Source: Pseudobdellovibrionaceae bacterium (GTDB taxonomy: Bacteria > Bdellovibrionota > Bdellovibrionia > Bdellovibrionales > JAMPXM01). From it: 64,000 bases of DNA. Within the stretch, counting starts at the first letter, position 1, and every line of letters begins with the position of its first letter. Under the pieces are notes generated by a model. That model ran no database searches. It saw only the letters and a program-made list of their open reading frames with translations, and was not told the DNA's origin. The DNA is taken from contig CANHQR010000001.1 of NCBI GenBank assembly GCA_947462815.1, positions 32,038 to 96,037 of the forward strand, read 5' to 3'. The position numbers and the translations under genes were made by a program. This document shows positions 59,206-64,000 of the stretch, in pieces.

Positions 59206-59490
59206 GTGCTGAAGGGCTTCAACACGGATCTTCGAATTCAAGGTGCCCACTACCATGTCCAGACCGAAGACTGGGGATTTCAGAATCCTTGGCTTGTGAG
59301 TCGAGTCTTTCGCAACGGAGCCGTCGTGGACTCGCAAAGAACCCCTTATTCTGAAGTTCTCAGATCGAAGAATGCCTTTTTGCTCATGCGCGATCGTGCG
59401 GCCTTGGCGGAAGTCCTGCGACAAGCCATGCAGGACCAGCACCAAAGTATCGTCGATAAGCTCAATCAACTCAGTGCTTCGCCGAATTGA
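59206..59490 (+). CDS. Hypothetical small protein upstream of ftsE
   Basis: The 94-aa ORF has a GTG start preceded by GGGAGGG. I recognise no motif (sequence ...GAHYHVQTEDWGF...). Confidence 0.4.
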   Translation: MLKGFNTDLRIQGAHYHVQTEDWGFQNPWLVSRVFRNGAVVDSQRTPYSEVLRSKNAFLLMRDRAALAEVLRQAMQDQHQSIVDKLNQLSASPN

Positions 59491-59712
59491 TCGTAAGTCA
59501 CACCGCTTGATTCCATCGTGGTTCAGGCCAGCGCTTTGACAGAGAACTAGACCTGTGACTCGGACCCATTTTTTACTCCATCGTCTATGCTGAAAGGCAT
59601 GCGGAGTCTGACTCCGAGGCCAAAGCAAGTTCGCCGGGCTCGATCATAAAAATGATCCTGCGAAGTGCGAAACTTGGGTTAGGTGCCGTTTCCAGGAAGG
59701 GATTGGCGTTCG

Positions 59713-60417
59713 ATGATTTCATTCGCTCACGTTTACAAGACTTATTCCGGATCACGAGGGCAGGAGATTCACGCTCTTCGCGATTTGAATGTCGAAATCG
59801 CTCGAGGTGAATTCGTGTTTTTGACCGGACCAAGTGGTGCGGGTAAGACCACTTTTTTCCGACTTCTCTCGGCTTATGATCGAGCGACGTCAGGTTATGC
59901 GACTGTCGCGGGTGTTCGGCTGAATGAGTTGGCGGGCAATGACTTGGCTTTCTACCGCCGAAAGCTGGGTGTGGTGTTTCAAGATTTTAGATTATTGAAA
60001 CACAAAACGGTTCTGGAAAACGTGATTTTGCCACTTGTCATTCGAGGTGAATCGCTCGCCTCGCAGCGAGAGCGAGCCATGCAGGTTTTGGAAGACGTGG
60101 GTCTTCATCACAAGGCTCAGGAATGGCCGGAGCAGCTCTCTGGCGGTGAACAACAACGGGTTGCCATCGCGCGCGCCCTGATTCATCGGCCTGGCTTGAT
60201 CATCGCGGACGAGCCGACGGGCAATCTCGATCCTGAGCTCTCTGAAGAGATCATGGATCTCTTCGAACGAGCGAATGCCCAGGGCACCACTGTGGTCGTC
60301 GCGACGCACGATCACGAGATGGTTCGACGTCGAAGCAAGCGAACCTTACGGCTCCTTGCTGGACAAGTCTCCGAAGCCGAGCTCGCGAAGGGAGGCGCCG
60401 TATGGGACCATCGATGA
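59713..60417 (+). CDS. ftsE: Cell division ABC ATPase FtsE
   Basis: The motifs are GPSGAGKTT, LSGGEQQRVAIARAL, IADEPTGNLD and ATHD. The start is the ATG at 59713; the track ORF begins at 59683. Confidence 0.9.
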   Translation: MISFAHVYKTYSGSRGQEIHALRDLNVEIARGEFVFLTGPSGAGKTTFFRLLSAYDRATSGYATVAGVRLNELAGNDLAFYRRKLGVVFQDFRLLKHKTVLENVILPLVIRGESLASQRERAMQVLEDVGLHHKAQEWPEQLSGGEQQRVAIARALIHRPGLIIADEPTGNLDPELSEEIMDLFERANAQGTTVVVATHDHEMVRRRSKRTLRLLAGQVSEAELAKGGAVWDHR

Positions 60418-61370
60418 TCTCTCGCCTTCAAGCGATGTTGGGTGGTGACCTCGCGCATGCGTGGAACTCAGCCCGTCGTCAATGGGGTACGCAGCTGGCG
60501 ACCTTCACGGTGTTGTCTGCCACGTTTGCGATCGTCGTTTTCGCTTCGGTTTGGGCGCTGAATTTACAGAGACTGGTCGCGCATTGGGGCGAGAGCGTTC
60601 AAGTTGCGGTTTACTTGCATGACGAGCTCGGAGATCTCGAAACGGCGAAGCTTCGCGATGAGTTGCTAAAAGATCCACGTATTCAGAGCGTTGAAGTCGT
60701 GACGAAAAAAATGGCGGTCGAGAGTTTCAAAGGTCAAATGGCCTCTTATGCCCCGGATCTTCTGGACGATGAGCAATTTGCGACGCCCTTTCCCGCCTCT
60801 CTCAAGTTGCGGCTCAGCGATCAAATTACGGCCCAAGAGCGAGTGAAGACTGTCGAGGGACTTGCCGTGGAGCTGAAGAAGCTACGCGGAGTCGAGGATG
60901 TCTCTTACGGTCAGAGTTGGATCAAATCCTATGCCTCTTCCGTGGATCTCCTGGTCGGCATCGGCGTGTTCTTGGGTATGGTCTTGTTGGCGGGAAGCTT
61001 GTTGGTCATCGGAAACGCGATACGTGCGGGTCTCGCGGCACGCCGGGAAGAGATCGAGATCATGGAGTTGATCGGCGCAACCCTCGATAATCTCCGTCGG
61101 CCCTATCTTGTGGAAGGTGCCGCCATCTCATTCGCATCGATTCTGGCCGCACTCCTCCTCAATGCATTTGTCTTCGACGCTCTCTTGCAGAAGATGAAGG
61201 GCCAGCTGGCTTTCTCTCATATCGCCATGGAGCTGCGCTTCCTGACGACGGTGGAGGTTCTCACCGCGGTGGGTTTAGCAGTCGCTGTCGGCTGTGTTGG
61301 ATCTTGGCTAGCGATCCGACAGATGAATGATGGTTGGGCCGCGGCTCGTCGGTCTGGAGGCCGTGCGTGA
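60402..61370 (+). CDS. ftsX: Cell division ABC permease-like protein FtsX
   Basis: The 322-aa ORF has the typical FtsX topology: TM1, a periplasmic domain, then three TM helices with the FtsX motif EIEIMELIGAT. Confidence 0.85.
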   Translation: MGPSMISRLQAMLGGDLAHAWNSARRQWGTQLATFTVLSATFAIVVFASVWALNLQRLVAHWGESVQVAVYLHDELGDLETAKLRDELLKDPRIQSVEVVTKKMAVESFKGQMASYAPDLLDDEQFATPFPASLKLRLSDQITAQERVKTVEGLAVELKKLRGVEDVSYGQSWIKSYASSVDLLVGIGVFLGMVLLAGSLLVIGNAIRAGLAARREEIEIMELIGATLDNLRRPYLVEGAAISFASILAALLLNAFVFDALLQKMKGQLAFSHIAMELRFLTTVEVLTAVGLAVAVGCVGSWLAIRQMNDGWAAARRSGGRA

Positions 61371-61420
61371 ACCCAATCGGTAAGACCGGCCGCATCACCG
61401 GCCTGCAAAAGCATCGGCCG

Positions 61421-62731
61421 ATGCGTCGCGCTTTTGTCGGACTTGGCGTGGCGATCACTGCTTCGACTTTGATTCTCAGTTTGGCTTCGGCGACCGAGGG
61501 CCCGGCGCCTCAAGGGGCATCAGTTGATGAGAAAAGCGGTGAGCTCATTGAAAACCTTCAGGTTCTGAAAAAGACCCGAGCTGAGCTTTCGATTCAAGAG
61601 CAGGAAAAACGAAGAATTCTCGGCGCGCTTTATGCGATCAACCAGCGTATGAAGAAGATCAGCGGTGAAAAGGGCGTTCTCACGAACGAGCTCATTGAAG
61701 CGCAAGATGCGGTAAAGTCCGTAGCTCAAGCCATAGCCCAGATCGAAGCGAGTTTGGAAAAGCAGCGCACTTACCTTCGACGCCGACTTCGCGCCATGTA
61801 TATGTTGAGCCAGGAGGGGGCGCAGGGAGTGTTGTTGGCACAACGCCAAGCCTTTGAATTTGATGCCGTGCTGAGAAATCTGCGGATCGTAGCAGATGCG
61901 GACCATCGAGCGATTCAGAGCTATCAACGAAGTTTGCAACAGTTAGCCAAAAGCCGGACTCGTCTTAAATCTCAAGTGGCCAGATTGTTAAAAATTGAAA
62001 AACGAATCGAGGCTCAGGAGAAGCTTCTGGCCGCTGAGCATTTGGCAAAGTCAAAGCTCGCCGAGGACCTCGACCGTGCGGCGGCTGAGCGAAGGCAGCA
62101 AGTCGTCAATCTTCGGAAGCGTGGCGAGAAGATGCAGGCCGCAGCGCTTGAGAGTGCCGAAGTCGATTTGTCCGAACTCCTGCGCAAGTCCTTGTTCGAG
62201 CGCAAAGGGCAGCTCAGTGCGCCTGTTCAACATGGTCGATTATTGCGCGGCTTTGGATTGTGGGTGGATCCACAGTTCAAATTCAAAATCAGTCACAAAG
62301 GCTGGCTGATCGAGTCCGATCGATCGCAAGAGGTGCGAAGTGTTGAGTCGGGATTGGTCGCATTCCAAGGATTTGTTGGAGGCGTGGGGCCCACTGTGAT
62401 CATCGATCATGGTGACAACTATTATTCTGTTTATTCGGGTCTCCAACAGATTCAAGTCAAAGGCCAAGATCGAGTGGCCGAGGGAAGTGTTTTGGGTCGG
62501 GTGGGTGTCGCTTCAGAGGTCTATTTTGAAATACGGCACTTCTCTGAACCCGAGAATCCCATGGCCTGGATTAATCAAAGACACCCTCTCTTAGCGAATT
62601 TCACTGGCCCAAAGTCAGATTCGAGTCTTTCCGTAGACCGGCGGCAGCAAACTGGGGACATTAAAAGAGGACCGGCGGGCGCAACTGCTGATCTGGTTCA
62701 CGCACAGAAACAAGGGACTGCAACATGGTAA
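61421..62731 (+). CDS. envC: EnvC-like murein hydrolase activator (coiled coil plus M23/LytM domain)
   Basis: A signal or anchor sequence precedes about 250 aa of heptad-rich coiled coil and a C-terminal LytM domain (GWLIES..., VIIDHGDNYYSVYSGL, FEIRH). The start is the ATG at 61421; the track ORF begins at 61334. Confidence 0.8.
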   Translation: MRRAFVGLGVAITASTLILSLASATEGPAPQGASVDEKSGELIENLQVLKKTRAELSIQEQEKRRILGALYAINQRMKKISGEKGVLTNELIEAQDAVKSVAQAIAQIEASLEKQRTYLRRRLRAMYMLSQEGAQGVLLAQRQAFEFDAVLRNLRIVADADHRAIQSYQRSLQQLAKSRTRLKSQVARLLKIEKRIEAQEKLLAAEHLAKSKLAEDLDRAAAERRQQVVNLRKRGEKMQAAALESAEVDLSELLRKSLFERKGQLSAPVQHGRLLRGFGLWVDPQFKFKISHKGWLIESDRSQEVRSVESGLVAFQGFVGGVGPTVIIDHGDNYYSVYSGLQQIQVKGQDRVAEGSVLGRVGVASEVYFEIRHFSEPENPMAWINQRHPLLANFTGPKSDSSLSVDRRQQTGDIKRGPAGATADLVHAQKQGTATW

Positions 62732-64000
62732 AGAAGTCAGAATTGAAACCCGTACTATCCGTCATGTTTGTTATGAGTGTGGGGCTTTCGGGCTTCTTGC
62801 TAGGCGCGATGTCTTCAAACGTCGTCTTGGCCCAAACCAAAGAAAGATATGCGGATCTTCAGCTGTTTACGAAGGTGTTGAACCTCGTGCAGCAGTATTA
62901 CGTCGAAGAGGTTGATGTCAAAAAACTGGTTTACGGCGGGGTTAAGGGGCTTTTGCAAGAGCTCGATCCGCACACCAACTTCTTACCGCCCGAGGTCTAC
63001 CGCGAGTTTGAAAATGAAACGAGCGGCGAGTTTGGTGGCCTCGGTGTTGAGATCACGATTCAGAATGATGTTCTGACCATCATTTCTCCGATTGAAGATA
63101 CGCCAGCGTGGAACGCGGGTATCAAGGCTGGGGACAAACTTGTGGAGATCAATGGCGAGTCGACAAAGGGGTTGAGTCTCGCCGAGGCTGCACAGCGCAT
63201 GCGAGGCAAGCGCGGAACGAAGGTTCGTATGGGCATCTTCCGTGAGGGATTTGATAAGCCACGTGAGTTCGTTATTGAACGAGGGACGGTTAAGCTCAAA
63301 TCGGTGAAGGTGACAGACCTCGATGATGGCTATGCCTATGTTCGTCTGACGTCCTTTATTGAAAACTCGGCCACAGACTTTGAGAAAATCATCAAGAGCC
63401 TAGAATCCAAATACTCCGGTGACCTGAAAGGTCTGATTCTCGATTTGCGTCGGAATCCAGGCGGCCTGCTCGATCAAGCCGTGAGGATCAGCGATCTATT
63501 CCTTCAGGAAGGTGTGATCGTCAGCACCATTGGAAGAAATAAGAAGGATAAAGAGGTGGTTTACGCCAAGAAGGCAGGAACCATGAAGGACTTCCCGGTC
63601 GTCGTTCTCGTGAACGAGTTCTCAGCATCAGCCAGCGAGATTCTTGCGGGCGCACTTCAAGATCACAAGCGCGCGCTCATCATGGGGCAGCCGACCTTCG
63701 GGAAAGGCAGCGTGCAAAGCGTTGTAAAGCTCGGCGATGGCAGCGGCTTGAAATTGACTGTCGCACGTTATTTTACACCTTCGGGTCGGGCGATTCAGGC
63801 TGAGGGTATTCGACCGGATGTGATTGTTGAAGAGGTGGATCCTGAAGCCTTTCAGAAGGCTGTGATTCGACGACAGGTCAAGAAAGAGCAAGATCTGGGC
63901 GGACATCTTTTGGGCGAGCGCGAACAAGCGGAGAAAAAGTCAGGCGCGGCAACCAGCGGACAAAGTTTCTGGTTCACACAAGAGGTGAGCAAAGAGAAGA
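62725..64000 (+). CDS. ctpA: C-terminal processing peptidase (S41, CtpA/Prc-like); runs off the right edge
   Basis: My translation from the ATG at 62725 reads MVKKSELKPVLSVMFVMSVGLSGFLLG...YADLQLFTKVLNLVQQYYVEEVD...FGGLGVEITIQNDVLTIISPIEDTPAWNAGIKAGDKLVEINGEST. This covers a PDZ domain and the S41 core. It is absent from the ORF track because no stop lies in the window. It overlaps the envC stop by 7 nt. Confidence 0.9.
   Translation, partial: MVKKSELKPVLSVMFVMSVGLSGFLLGAMSSNVVLAQTKERYADLQLFTKVLNLVQQYYVEEVDVKKLVYGGVKGLLQELDPHTNFLPPEVYREFENETSGEFGGLGVEITIQNDVLTIISPIEDTPAWNAGIKAGDKLVEINGESTKGLSLAEAAQRMRGKRGTKVRMGIFREGFDKPREFVIERGTVKLKSVKVTDLDDGYAYVRLTSFIENSATDFEKIIKSLESKYSGDLKGLILDLRRNPGGLLDQAVRISDLFLQEGVIVSTIGRNKKDKEVVYAKKAGTMKDFPVVVLVNEFSASASEILAGALQDHKRALIMGQPTFGKGSVQSVVKLGDGSGLKLTVARYFTPSGRAIQAEGIRPDVIVEEVDPEAFQKAVIRRQVKKEQDLGGHLLGEREQAEKKSGAATSGQSFWFTQEVSKEK

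Overview
This 64-kb chromosomal window comes from a moderately GC-rich diderm (Gram-negative) bacterium. All family calls rest on motif recognition by eye in the supplied translations; no searches were run. The gene content vaguely suggests a Bdellovibrionota/Oligoflexia-like or other 'delta-type' lineage, but the sequence alone cannot confirm that. The window is mostly core housekeeping. In order it holds a DnaQ-like exonuclease (partial), a 2Fe-2S ferredoxin, an ArnT-like GT39 glycosyltransferase and an ndk / RNA methyltransferase / TPR lipoprotein / rodZ block. Next come a P-loop kinase-Nudix fusion, a signal-peptide-bearing katG and the TCA block icd-mdh-sucC-sucD. These are followed by a five-gene Mla/MCE-type ABC operon, a CBS-like synthase plus cystathionine gamma-lyase pair, tRNA-Phe(GAA), dus, typA and mtgA. 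After those lie a BMP-family nucleoside-type ABC importer, an SDR epimerase, a stand-alone cNMP-binding protein, a PAP2 phosphatase, a cyclophilin and glnE. The window ends with tolQRAB, an Rrf2 regulator with sufBCDS-nfu, and ftsE-ftsX-envC-ctpA (ctpA partial). I saw no rRNA, CRISPR array, transposase, integrase or phage genes. The most unusual items are listed here in rough order of interest. (1) The Mla/MCE operon has two diverged ATPases and two diverged permeases, and its motif substitutions converge on a single degenerate ATP site. (2) A tightly coupled operon encodes two orphan Tad-like (T2SSF) platform proteins, a small exported protein and a Hanks-type kinase. (3) A ~1,113-aa membrane/exported protein shows no motif I recognise. 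(4) Two unrelated intergenic tandem arrays both have a 13-bp period. (5) A 29-aa lysine-rich gene, absent from the ORF track, has a strong RBS and a terminator. (6) A gluzincin-like lipoprotein is coupled to a membrane-anchored partner. None of these is proven novel; each needs database and comparative checks.
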